From IMG/VR virus record IMGVR_UViG_3300044821_000131, positions 124,001 through 188,000 of that record: a stretch of DNA of 64,000 nt; one strand, 5' to 3'. The notes under the pieces were generated by a model. The model did not search any database and had not been told where the DNA came from. It worked only from the letters and a program-made list of their open reading frames with translations. The position numbers were made by a program, and so were the translations under genes. Every line of letters starts with the position of its first letter. Position 1 is the stretch's first letter. Of the stretch, positions 9,411 to 19,008 are shown piece after piece.

Positions 9411-10079
9411 ATGAATGAAAATTTCTCTCCCGCTTTCGTCGAAGGCTTTGTCAAATCCTGCTTGGACCAAGGCTTGAACATGCCTCAAACCGAGGCGCTG
9501 TTCCGCCAGCATTCTTTTAACTATCTGTTGTCCTCGCCCAACATCTACAAAGGATTCCAAACCAAACTGGCCAGTTACACCGGACCACTGACAAAATCTG
9601 CGATGTCTCGTTTTCTCACCCCGGCGATCTTGGCCTTGGCCGCGGAGTGTCGGGTCAAGTATGCCAATGATGCGCTCTCGATTAAATTGCGTAAGGAAAC
9701 CGGGCTGCCGGATCCTTCGTGGGAGACGGTTGACCCGGAACTGCAAAAGATTGCAAACAGTTTATCTGGGGCTTTGTCCAGTTACGCAGGCCTTCCAATG
9801 AATCAGAAAATTCTTTTGGCGGCACTGGCTGGATCCGGCGTTGGTGGATTGTCAAGACTAGCGCGTCCTTCGGAGGAAGATCAGATTGAAGGGCGTGGCG
9901 CCATGAGTCGCACGCTCCGTGGAGCTGGTCGTGGGGCAGTGACCGGGGCCGGCGCCGGCGTAGGTTCTGAAGTTGGTGGTTTATCTGGCTTGGAAGCAGC
10001 AGGTTCAAAAGGCGTACTACCTGGTATGTTACTGGGTGCCGGCGCGGGTGGTTATGCTGCGCATCGTTTGACGTCATAA
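9411..10079 (+). CDS. glycine-zipper protein with K-x-A motifs (possible internal head protein)
   Basis: ATG at 9411; C-terminal GxxxG arrays (GSGVGG, GAVTGAGAGVG, GMLLGAGAGG); TKLAS, TKSA, QKIA. Confidence 0.5.
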   Translation: MNENFSPAFVEGFVKSCLDQGLNMPQTEALFRQHSFNYLLSSPNIYKGFQTKLASYTGPLTKSAMSRFLTPAILALAAECRVKYANDALSIKLRKETGLPDPSWETVDPELQKIANSLSGALSSYAGLPMNQKILLAALAGSGVGGLSRLARPSEEDQIEGRGAMSRTLRGAGRGAVTGAGAGVGSEVGGLSGLEAAGSKGVLPGMLLGAGAGGYAAHRLTS

Positions 10080-10080
10080 T

Positions 10081-10536
10081 ATGGGTTTTAACAAAGTCCA
10101 TCAGATACCCGGCCGTGACAAGTACGGGCAGATCGACGTGGAAGATGTGCGTCAATTCATGTTCGACCGCACCATTGAAGACAATCCCCTCGAATTGGAT
10201 CTCGTGTTCGACGACGATGAGATCAACCAAGCCTTCCGATTTGCCGCCATGCGCTACAACGAGACGACTCCGTACGTCGACAAGGTTGATGCCGCACATT
10301 TACCCTATGGAATGTTGTTTTTGAATGGTATTGCTTACGGGCTTTATCTGGCCAAGCTTCAGCAATTGGCCCGGCAGGATATTGAGTACAACTCGGGTAA
10401 TATGACGATTGATGCCTTCAAGCGGCGTCTGGATCATTTGCAGAATTTCGTCAAGCTCTTCAAGGAATCATTCGAACAGATGGCCAAGGATCGCAAGATT
10501 AGCATCAACATTGAAAATGCGTTTCGGAGATTTTAG
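10081..10536 (+). CDS. putative head-tail adaptor (neck) protein
   Basis: 151-aa helical protein downstream of the capsid gene; call based on gene order. Confidence 0.45.
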   Translation: MGFNKVHQIPGRDKYGQIDVEDVRQFMFDRTIEDNPLELDLVFDDDEINQAFRFAAMRYNETTPYVDKVDAAHLPYGMLFLNGIAYGLYLAKLQQLARQDIEYNSGNMTIDAFKRRLDHLQNFVKLFKESFEQMAKDRKISINIENAFRRF

Positions 10537-10538
10537 AT

Positions 10539-11315
10539 ATGGCCGCGCCATTTTTAGACGTAAGTGTCTTGCCGATGTACGGACAACTCCGCGCTAGAAT
10601 CATGTGGCGGCTGCAGATCGGATTTGAGTCCGGACGCGTGTTCGTCTTCGAATCTCCCGACGGGCTTAATAATTGGCGCGAGCTTGGCAATGTGCCAAGC
10701 CGCGAGTCAGAATTTCTGGATGAACATCTTATCGCGCGCGGGCGTTTGGATGAAGCCTATTACCGCGTCGTACTAAGAAACAAGGCCAGGACGTACGAGT
10801 CGGATGTCATCAGCACTTTTGGTAAATTAACCCGGTCTGAATTTGGAATGGCCCGGGTTATAATGATGCACGAGTGGGATACTCTGGTACAGTTTACGGC
10901 GATCAAATTCTTCAAGTTGCGCTCTGATGGAGAACGCTGCGTATTGTGTGTGGACAAAGACACGGGGCAAATGATCGGCACCAGTCTTTGTCCAGTGTGC
11001 TACGGCACTGGCTTCGAGGGTGGATTTTACCCGTCAATCGATTCATTCATGCACATTGGCAACATGAGCACCAAGATTCAGTCGGATAGTCGCGAAGGTG
11101 TTGGCTCCTCGGATATGTCAACCATCAAAGTCCGGACCATGTCGTATCCCTTGATGGAGAAGAACGATCTGATAGTCAATCCTTCTGCCGATAAACGATA
11201 CTTGATTGAATCCATAGACTACGGCATGTTTCACGGCAAGGTGCCAGTCTATGCCGAGATGCAGATTCAATTGCTGCCTCGAAACGACATCCGTTATACA
11301 GTGCCTTTGTCATGA
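10539..11315 (+). CDS. putative head-closure/neck protein with a Zn ribbon
   Basis: CVLC and CPVCYGTGFEGGF motifs; position in the neck module. Confidence 0.5.
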   Translation: MAAPFLDVSVLPMYGQLRARIMWRLQIGFESGRVFVFESPDGLNNWRELGNVPSRESEFLDEHLIARGRLDEAYYRVVLRNKARTYESDVISTFGKLTRSEFGMARVIMMHEWDTLVQFTAIKFFKLRSDGERCVLCVDKDTGQMIGTSLCPVCYGTGFEGGFYPSIDSFMHIGNMSTKIQSDSREGVGSSDMSTIKVRTMSYPLMEKNDLIVNPSADKRYLIESIDYGMFHGKVPVYAEMQIQLLPRNDIRYTVPLS

Positions 11316-11962
11316 CAAACAATTTTGCAATCATTAACGAGATGTCCAAACTGGTACTAACCCCGGTCACCATACGACGCATCTTCTTGCTTCTGACACG
11401 CTTGCACTATTCGGATAATGCCAATTACGGCAAGTTTAAGGAAGTGTTTGCAAATTTTATATGGCACAAGGATGAGAAGCTTCGAAAGTTACAGATCGAT
11501 TACGATTATCATTACGACCCGAAGAATCTCGATCGCCGTCCGGCCATTTTCGTTGGCTTGGATGATATTCGATTTAACAAGGTGGTGATTGGCAATCGTT
11601 CGGGTGATTCTGAAGATAGATCTGGTGAGGAGTTTACCAAGACTGCCAGTACCAATGTAATCATTCGGCACATTGGTAAGACCGCTGACGAGGCGCCGGC
11701 TCTGGCTGATCTTAGCAGCCAGTTTTTTATGGGTATTACTCCGATGATCCATGATTCGCTTCGTGGTAAGATTCTGGAGTATGACGTGATAGGTTTAAAG
11801 TCATCTCGTCCTTTCGAGCGATCGTCGGAGCAAGCGGACCAAAATTTTTGTAGTGACCTGATCATTGCATTGTCCTACAATTCGATCTGGATGACCTCGT
11901 TTGAGAGTCATCGCATTAAAACGATATCGTTTCAAACAAGTCTTGCAGAGCTATCCGCGTAG
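11312..11962 (+). CDS. putative tail terminator/completion protein
   Basis: RPAIFV motif; immediately upstream of the sheath gene. Confidence 0.45.
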   Translation: MTNNFAIINEMSKLVLTPVTIRRIFLLLTRLHYSDNANYGKFKEVFANFIWHKDEKLRKLQIDYDYHYDPKNLDRRPAIFVGLDDIRFNKVVIGNRSGDSEDRSGEEFTKTASTNVIIRHIGKTADEAPALADLSSQFFMGITPMIHDSLRGKILEYDVIGLKSSRPFERSSEQADQNFCSDLIIALSYNSIWMTSFESHRIKTISFQTSLAELSA

Positions 11963-11995
11963 TGATAATCTGCCAGCAACAAATTAAAACATCGT

Positions 11996-14900
11996 ATGAT
12001 TCAAGGCTACATCCGCCCTCAATTGTTGATCCGCGAAGTACTGCAGCAGCTGCCGAATGTTGATGCTCTCAGTCTTCACGCTTTCGTCGTCGGCCCTCAG
12101 TTCGACCTGTTCCGCTACTATGTCCCCGCCGAGCGCGCGAACATGACCGGCGCGGCCTTCGCCTACAACTCGAACACTAATCCCACGGCGCAGCAAATTG
12201 TGCCATTCGAAGGTCTGAAACCGTATCACACCGTCGATTCCAGCTTTGTCAAGTTGTACGCGGAGAATCTGGAAGGCCAGTCTTGGATCGCCGCCAGCCC
12301 GCCCGATGGTGTCAATACCGCAGATCCGAGCAACCCGTTCTCTTTTCGTCTGCCCAGCCTGAGTTCCCCGAACAAGATTCTGGTCACACTGCGTGGAGCC
12401 AATATCACCGTCACTCCCGGCACTGCCACAGCCCCCAATGGTCTGGACAAGCAGATGGCTACGGTGACCGTCAATTATGGTGGCGCCGGCTATCCGGTGA
12501 ACACCACGTTTACTACTCCAGTTCTTAACGCTACATTGGGTTCTGGTGCCGTCGTTCAGTTGACCACGAATGCCAGTGGCGTTGTCACTTCGGGTGTAGC
12601 GATCTCCCCGGGTTTTGGTTATCGCGCGGCAGCTACCTTCGATGTGCCCGGTGCGTCTGCCGGCACGAACGTTGGCACCGACGACGCCACTTTGATCCCG
12701 CAACTGCAAGGTCGTCCAATTCAACCCGGTGATATCTGCTACACCACCGATCCGTTCGGTCACACTATCCGTCGGGTTGTGCAGTCGGTCCAACAGCAGA
12801 ATCAGCCTGCGACGATCGGTGCTGGAAACAACGGTCAATTCGTTGCCGCGGTCACGAATCCTGGTGAGACGGATGCCTTCTCTTTCGCCAATACTTCCGC
12901 CCCGTTCGATTGGAATATCAATTTGGCCAAAACCTCACTGTTGGCAGTCACGGTCACGGCCGCTGGCTCTGGTTATGTCACGGCACCGGTGGTCACGATT
13001 CCGGCTCCCACTGTGGTGAATCCGGTTACCACGGATAACACGAACGCGGGTATTGCACCTTGGGCCGCTGTTCAGGCCGCCGCTACTGCGATTTTGTCCG
13101 GCGCGACTGTCGGTTCTGTGCAGGTCACTGAACCCGGCACCGGTTATTTCACCGGTGGCGTAACGGCAATTACAGTGGGTACCCGGGGAACGAGCGGAAT
13201 GTACTCGGTGGCTAATCCTCCGATTGTTTCGATCGCGGCTCCCAATGACACCGTGAACGGTGTGCAGGCTACGGCCGTTGCGATCATTTCTCCTGGCGGC
13301 GGGTCACTGCCCTTGGCTGGTGAATTGCTGGCTATTGCGGTCATCAATCCTGGCGCTGGGTATTCTGCGCCTCCGACCGTCACCATCAACGGCGGTACGG
13401 CTACCGCCACGGCTACCGTGACTGCGGCTCCGTCGATCACGGTAGCTGGCACAGCCACAGTGGCGCCGGTGATCCAATCGCTGCCTTCCAATTGGAATGG
13501 TCTGGTTCAAGGTTCAACCTACCAAGGCAAGTACGGCGAACGTTATACTTTGACCTGTACTCAATCCGGCACGACCAACGCCTTGTTTCGGGTGCGTTCA
13601 TCCTCTGGTGGATTCACCGCGGACAATGTCGTACCGACTGTGCGTGGTAATTACTTTTACATCACCGACGCCTCGCTTGGCGGTCTGGCAGTTGAATTGA
13701 ATGCCATCGGCGGTCAAGGTCTCAATTTGGGTGATCAATTCAGCTTCGTAGTGCTGGGCAAGTATTTGCCGCTGATCGTTGCTCCGTCAGGCCAAGTTGT
13801 TACCGTTAACATCATTTCGGCGGGTAGTGGTTATTCCGCCGGCAGTTTAACTTTCACTGCGCCGCCGGCAGGTGGTCGCATTGCAGCCGGTAAATATACG
13901 ATCTCTGCTGGTGCTATTGCCACGATCGTGATCACCGATCCCGGTGCAGGATACATTTATCCCCCGGTGGTGACCGCGTCCGTTGGTACCGGTGCCATGC
14001 TTCAAGCCGTAATCGGGACACCGCAGAATAGTTGCGACATCGCTGTCGTAGCCGGGTCTACGTACAATGGTCCGGTGAACAATCGCTACGTGGTTACCGT
14101 GACTCAGGGCGATACCACCGGTGGTCAGAACAGCTTTGCCAATGCTGTTGTGCGTGTTCAAGATACGGCCGGCATTGACGCAATCAAGTCGATCACGGTG
14201 CAGCAAGGCGTGAACTACAATTTGGGATCCTACGGGCTGCAGTTTATTTTCCCGAACAATCAAGTGTCGCCCAGCGGATTGTCGCCTGGCACTACGGCTA
14301 CGGCCACGCTCACACAGGTTGGCGGTGTAATCACTGCCGTAACTGTTACCAACCCGGGTATCGGCTATGTGGTGCCTCCGGTTATCACTATTACTACGAG
14401 CGGCGGCACCAATGCCGTGCTCGAACCTATCCTCAACAACGGCACGATCGAATCAATTCTGGTGATCAGCGGCGGCAGCGGTTACAGCGGCGCCGACACA
14501 TTAGCCGTTGCAGCCCCGACGACCTATCAACAGGGCTTGCGCACCGGTGACACATATTATATTGACGTCACCGCGCCTACTGCCGGTGGTGCTTACAACA
14601 CAGTTTTGCTGAATGGTCCGGCGGTTGACATCACAGGCTGGGCTCCGACCGATGTCTTGGTGAATCTGTTGAATGTCGAATTTCGAGTTCCGTACACCGG
14701 GGCCATCGCGCAACAGCTCGATCCGGCTGACGCTCCGAATCTGGCGTGGACCGTTGGTGCGTCCGGCATCTCGGTCAAGAGTTATCTGAAGATTTACGCA
14801 CCCGACCGCAATGTTGGATATCAGTATCTCGTCTGTCAGAATGCACCTTATGCCCGGCTCTACGCCAGCTGGCGCGGGCTGGTGCCGTCAACCGGCACGT

Positions 14901-16261
14901 TTGCGGCCAACGGCAGTGTTACACGCTATTCGTCCTCGGCCGCGATCATCGCAGCTTTTGGTGCAAACGACATGGATAATCCGGTGTCCTACGCCGCGAA
15001 TATCGCCTTCAATGGTTCGCAAGGAAAATCGATCTTCGTCTCCAGTGTCGCGACCAACGACTTGGCCGGCTATTCTGCGATTCTGCAGCAGGCGTCCCGT
15101 GTTCAAGGCCCATATGCATTGGTGCCAACCACGACTGATCCGGCCATCGTCGCGCTGTTCAAGACGCATGTGGACTCCTGTTCCGAGTACAACATCCGCC
15201 TCTGGCGCCGAGTATACATCGGTACTACGAGCCCGGGTAAATACGCGGTGTATCAGGCCGACAGCAATGGCAACTCGCTGCAGGCACAAGTGCTTACGAA
15301 TGGCACGGGCAATGTGCGAGTGGTGGCGCCGTTGGCAAAATTCATCACGGAAGAAGTGCAGCCTGGTGATCTGTTCCGCACATATTTCGTTCAGGATGTC
15401 TGGGGCAATTCGGCGTATCAAGAATTTCCGATTCTGTCGGTGCTTGAGAACAACGAGTTGATCTTGTCATCCGGTCCCGCTGTTCCGATTTCGCCGGCTA
15501 TACGGTTCGAGATCTGGAGGAGTGACACGAGCAATTCTCAATGTGTATACGTTGGCAACATCTCGGAAGGTCTTGACGACCGCCGCGTCGTTAACGTCTG
15601 GATCGACAATCCCACGGTGCTCAACTCGGCGGGCCAGTACGTTGTGACTCCGATCTGGAATGTCGCCGCGGAAATCGCCGGTTTGCGCTCGGCGCTTTTG
15701 CCGCAGCAGGGTCTCACTTATACTCAATTGCAGTACTCGGTGACGGCGGCGCCCACGATGTACACCAAGTATCTTGATTCTGATCTGGATCTGGCGGCAT
15801 CGAACGGCGTGTTGATCGCCACACAGGAAACAGTGGGCGGACCGGTGTTCATTCGGCACCAGCTCACCACCGATTCGAATGACGGCAGCCTGTATTATGA
15901 GGATTCGGTCGGCACGAATATCGACAACATTGCGTACACGATTAAGACGGTGTTTCAACCGTATATCGGGCAACGCAATGCCACTCCGGCCGTCGTCGAA
16001 GAATTGGATGTGCGGCTGCGAAACATTCTGAATGGATTCAAAGGCCGTCCGGCCAACCTGTCCATCGTTGGCCCGGCTATCATCGACTACAGCAACCTGA
16101 CGGTGCAGATCGATCCGAATTTCCGGGATCGTATCAACGTCCAAGTCACGGTTCAGATCCCGCTGCCTCTGAATGTCATCGATATCACGTTGACCGCAAC
16201 CACAATTCAAGGCGACGTCTCGATCACCACGACGATTTCAACTCCAACCGTCTCAACCTAA
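11996..16261 (+). CDS. contractile tail sheath protein with a large GxGY-repeat insertion
   Basis: N-terminal YIRPQLLIREV; C-terminal sheath-like AAEIAGLRS, NGVLI, IRHQLTT, YIGQRN, QIPLPLNVIDITL; followed by a tube-sized gene. Confidence 0.8.
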   Translation: MIQGYIRPQLLIREVLQQLPNVDALSLHAFVVGPQFDLFRYYVPAERANMTGAAFAYNSNTNPTAQQIVPFEGLKPYHTVDSSFVKLYAENLEGQSWIAASPPDGVNTADPSNPFSFRLPSLSSPNKILVTLRGANITVTPGTATAPNGLDKQMATVTVNYGGAGYPVNTTFTTPVLNATLGSGAVVQLTTNASGVVTSGVAISPGFGYRAAATFDVPGASAGTNVGTDDATLIPQLQGRPIQPGDICYTTDPFGHTIRRVVQSVQQQNQPATIGAGNNGQFVAAVTNPGETDAFSFANTSAPFDWNINLAKTSLLAVTVTAAGSGYVTAPVVTIPAPTVVNPVTTDNTNAGIAPWAAVQAAATAILSGATVGSVQVTEPGTGYFTGGVTAITVGTRGTSGMYSVANPPIVSIAAPNDTVNGVQATAVAIISPGGGSLPLAGELLAIAVINPGAGYSAPPTVTINGGTATATATVTAAPSITVAGTATVAPVIQSLPSNWNGLVQGSTYQGKYGERYTLTCTQSGTTNALFRVRSSSGGFTADNVVPTVRGNYFYITDASLGGLAVELNAIGGQGLNLGDQFSFVVLGKYLPLIVAPSGQVVTVNIISAGSGYSAGSLTFTAPPAGGRIAAGKYTISAGAIATIVITDPGAGYIYPPVVTASVGTGAMLQAVIGTPQNSCDIAVVAGSTYNGPVNNRYVVTVTQGDTTGGQNSFANAVVRVQDTAGIDAIKSITVQQGVNYNLGSYGLQFIFPNNQVSPSGLSPGTTATATLTQVGGVITAVTVTNPGIGYVVPPVITITTSGGTNAVLEPILNNGTIESILVISGGSGYSGADTLAVAAPTTYQQGLRTGDTYYIDVTAPTAGGAYNTVLLNGPAVDITGWAPTDVLVNLLNVEFRVPYTGAIAQQLDPADAPNLAWTVGASGISVKSYLKIYAPDRNVGYQYLVCQNAPYARLYASWRGLVPSTGTFAANGSVTRYSSSAAIIAAFGANDMDNPVSYAANIAFNGSQGKSIFVSSVATNDLAGYSAILQQASRVQGPYALVPTTTDPAIVALFKTHVDSCSEYNIRLWRRVYIGTTSPGKYAVYQADSNGNSLQAQVLTNGTGNVRVVAPLAKFITEEVQPGDLFRTYFVQDVWGNSAYQEFPILSVLENNELILSSGPAVPISPAIRFEIWRSDTSNSQCVYVGNISEGLDDRRVVNVWIDNPTVLNSAGQYVVTPIWNVAAEIAGLRSALLPQQGLTYTQLQYSVTAAPTMYTKYLDSDLDLAASNGVLIATQETVGGPVFIRHQLTTDSNDGSLYYEDSVGTNIDNIAYTIKTVFQPYIGQRNATPAVVEELDVRLRNILNGFKGRPANLSIVGPAIIDYSNLTVQIDPNFRDRINVQVTVQIPLPLNVIDITLTATTIQGDVSITTTISTPTVST

Positions 16262-16268
16262 ACTAATT

Positions 16269-16994
16269 ATGCCCGACATTGATTTCTACGGCTACGAGCG
16301 CGATTACGCGGGAACTTATTTATACTCCAGCGACGTCGCTGCGATCTATTTCGACAACAATGGCGCCGGCACTCCGCAGCGAGCGGGTCTCGTTCAGAAC
16401 GTGTCCGCCAGCTATCAGCACTCGGTGCTGCCCAGGTTCGAAGCCGGCAGCTCCGAGCTGTACTGGGTGACCGGTCAAGCTCAAGGCAGTGTCGGCATGG
16501 GCCGCTTGGTCAGTTACGGCGGATTGCTGTCTGGAATTCAAGTCGGTCAGGGTAGTTCCGATCTCCGCAACGGCATCCTTGGTGGCGTGAACATCAAGAT
16601 CGGCAAACTGGCCGGTCAACTGCGTCAAGTTGCATTGCCGCAGAGTCAGCTGGTTATGACCGGTTGCGTTTTGGAGAGCTATTCCACATCGTTTACTACA
16701 GGCGCCTTGGAGGTGTCCGAAATGACGGCCATTCGAGTGGCCCTGATGAAGAAGGTTGCGGCGGGCGGCAGTTCTGCCTTTGGCGGCGGTTCCGCGCTGA
16801 ACGGCTCCGGTTTCGTTCCGGCTGGTGGTAACACTGGCGTTGGTGCTGGTGGGGGTCTGGGCAGTGCCTTGGCGGCCGCGGCTGAGAATCAGCTTATTGC
16901 ACCGGTGGCGCAAGGCGCTTCGATCTTGGCTAATCAGGTGGCGTCCAATGCCACCGGCATTATCTCTTCGGGTCTGGACGCGATTGGGCTGTAA
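16269..16994 (+). CDS. tail tube protein
   Basis: directly after the sheath; GLVQNVSASYQ..RFEAGS and MTGCVLESYS tube-like pattern; Gly/Ala-rich C-terminal extension. Confidence 0.65.
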   Translation: MPDIDFYGYERDYAGTYLYSSDVAAIYFDNNGAGTPQRAGLVQNVSASYQHSVLPRFEAGSSELYWVTGQAQGSVGMGRLVSYGGLLSGIQVGQGSSDLRNGILGGVNIKIGKLAGQLRQVALPQSQLVMTGCVLESYSTSFTTGALEVSEMTAIRVALMKKVAAGGSSAFGGGSALNGSGFVPAGGNTGVGAGGGLGSALAAAAENQLIAPVAQGASILANQVASNATGIISSGLDAIGL

Positions 16995-17046
16995 CTGGTT
17001 CGTTTTTAGTATTGACGTGACGGCGATTTGAGGCTTTGCTCTTTGC

Positions 17047-19005
17047 ATGCCGGTCGCCGTCAAACTCACTCCAGGTCTATACGAAGGTATAGTCAAAGCC
17101 TACTACCCGCCCAACAACACGATCAAAGTAAAGCTGAAGGCCGACGGTGCCGTTATACCATGCATTTGGGCCGTCGGTGTAGTGTCAGCCATGGTAGGTT
17201 TCAAGACGTCTTACTACCCGCCGATGAAGACCGAGGTGGTTGTTTTCTGGCCTGGCACCAGTCAATTCGGTTGGGTCATCGGATCCAAACCTTCGAACTC
17301 CGTTGACGCTAAACGCCAACGCCGCACCATGACCGGAGATGACGCATACAATTACGCGGCGCAGCAAACTTTTCACGTGCAGAATTCGAACAAGAACGAG
17401 GTATTCGTAGGACACAAACCTCCGGTGGATTTGGCCGAAGGTGAGATCAACATGGAGAATTGGATGGGCGTCGGTCTATCTCTGCTTCGAAATCTTTCCT
17501 CCTTACAAGCCGGAGACTTGGCTCGGATCGAATGTCATCTGCTCGACGACATGGTGCGCATCATCAGTGACACTTTTCGGCATTACACGGCCTTCGGAGA
17601 TTTCAAGGTGTCGAACGATGGCGGCAAGCTCAATGTGATCTGGAATGGCACCAAGAGTGATTTCGAGGCCCTGGGCAACCAGCACGCCACGGATCTGAAA
17701 GCCAAGATGTCCTCCCCGACCAGCATCACCGAGGATTTGAATAGCATCAATCAGATGGATGATGGGCGCTGGAGATTCAGTCAGTTTCTCGGATGGTTGG
17801 GTAACTTCATAAACGTGTTCGTCACCGATCCAGTGAACAGTCTGGGACAGATCGCCGAAGGTCAATTTCGAAGCGGCAAGGCCCGTATCCACATAAATGA
17901 CGACGGTGCTGTGCTGGTACAGTCAGTGACGGATATAGTGTTGGAGAAGGTCGTGCGGATACCGGTTCCGAATCAGTTGCGAAAAGAAGATGATCCGAAA
18001 GGAGATCTGTCAGACGCCGAGTTTCCAAATTCCGAGTATCTGAAAAATTGGACGCCGAGCAACACTAGCAATGTGTTCGAGATGGCCTATCAACTGCGCG
18101 AATACGCACGTTGGTTGAACAACACACACTCATTGTCCCGGTTTTATCAGATGACCCGGGATTGGGAGGTACCATCCGAAGCGCAGACTCCGACTCCCGA
18201 TATCAATAGTGACGAGACTGACAAATTGGCGGTGAATGCAAGGGTATCTTCTGGCTGGCGCATCGCTTATGCCACTATCCGGATATACCGGGACGGTTCG
18301 ATTCAAACGGTGGATGCTTATGGTAACGCCATAACCACCACGGCAACGGGCATTCAGATTTCCACTCCGAAGAGCTTGTTGTTGCAGGCCGGCGCCTCCG
18401 TGAATATCGTGGCGGGCACGGATGTCAACATCTTGGCGCATAATAACGTGGGCATCACTGCAGTAACTTCAGCCATTCGATTGAAGGCACAATCGGCTTT
18501 CATGCTGTGTTGTACCGCTGGAAATTTCGTGTACGAAGCAGCGCTAGATGCTTGGCACAACTTCATTGGCGGCCTGTCGGTAAACAACAACGTACAAATC
18601 TCGCCTGTGGGCATCGTGAATGTCACCACGGGTCTAAATGTGCCGCTCATAAATACTGACATAATAAACACACAGAACTCAGTTATCGTAACGGGGTCTC
18701 CTGCGACCATCGTGACGATTCCAATTCCGGATATATTTCTCTTCCAGACGGCCTATGATTCCGGAAACTTGTATCAGACCTTCACTCAACAGATGCTGGC
18801 TGACGGAGACATTCGATCCAGCGGGCAAGTCTGGCATTTCTCCGACAATGCTGTCGCCGGCAAAGGTTCACCATGGCCTGGTGCTGGTGCACAGGAGTTG
18901 ACGACGAAAGCCGGCGATAAACTAAACAAGCCGTCGAGCAACAAGAAGTTCACATCGACTCCCGCGACGATGACCCAACAAGATCCACAGATGATAACGG
19001 ATTAA
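17047..19005 (+). CDS. putative baseplate central spike (gp5/VgrG/gpV-like)
   Basis: N-terminal OB-fold-like segment (PPMKTEVVV..WVIGS) and C-terminal beta-helix-like repeats (LLLQAGASVNIVAGTDVNILAHNNVGITA). Confidence 0.55.
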   Translation: MPVAVKLTPGLYEGIVKAYYPPNNTIKVKLKADGAVIPCIWAVGVVSAMVGFKTSYYPPMKTEVVVFWPGTSQFGWVIGSKPSNSVDAKRQRRTMTGDDAYNYAAQQTFHVQNSNKNEVFVGHKPPVDLAEGEINMENWMGVGLSLLRNLSSLQAGDLARIECHLLDDMVRIISDTFRHYTAFGDFKVSNDGGKLNVIWNGTKSDFEALGNQHATDLKAKMSSPTSITEDLNSINQMDDGRWRFSQFLGWLGNFINVFVTDPVNSLGQIAEGQFRSGKARIHINDDGAVLVQSVTDIVLEKVVRIPVPNQLRKEDDPKGDLSDAEFPNSEYLKNWTPSNTSNVFEMAYQLREYARWLNNTHSLSRFYQMTRDWEVPSEAQTPTPDINSDETDKLAVNARVSSGWRIAYATIRIYRDGSIQTVDAYGNAITTTATGIQISTPKSLLLQAGASVNIVAGTDVNILAHNNVGITAVTSAIRLKAQSAFMLCCTAGNFVYEAALDAWHNFIGGLSVNNNVQISPVGIVNVTTGLNVPLINTDIINTQNSVIVTGSPATIVTIPIPDIFLFQTAYDSGNLYQTFTQQMLADGDIRSSGQVWHFSDNAVAGKGSPWPGAGAQELTTKAGDKLNKPSSNKKFTSTPATMTQQDPQMITD

Positions 19006-19008
19006 TTT

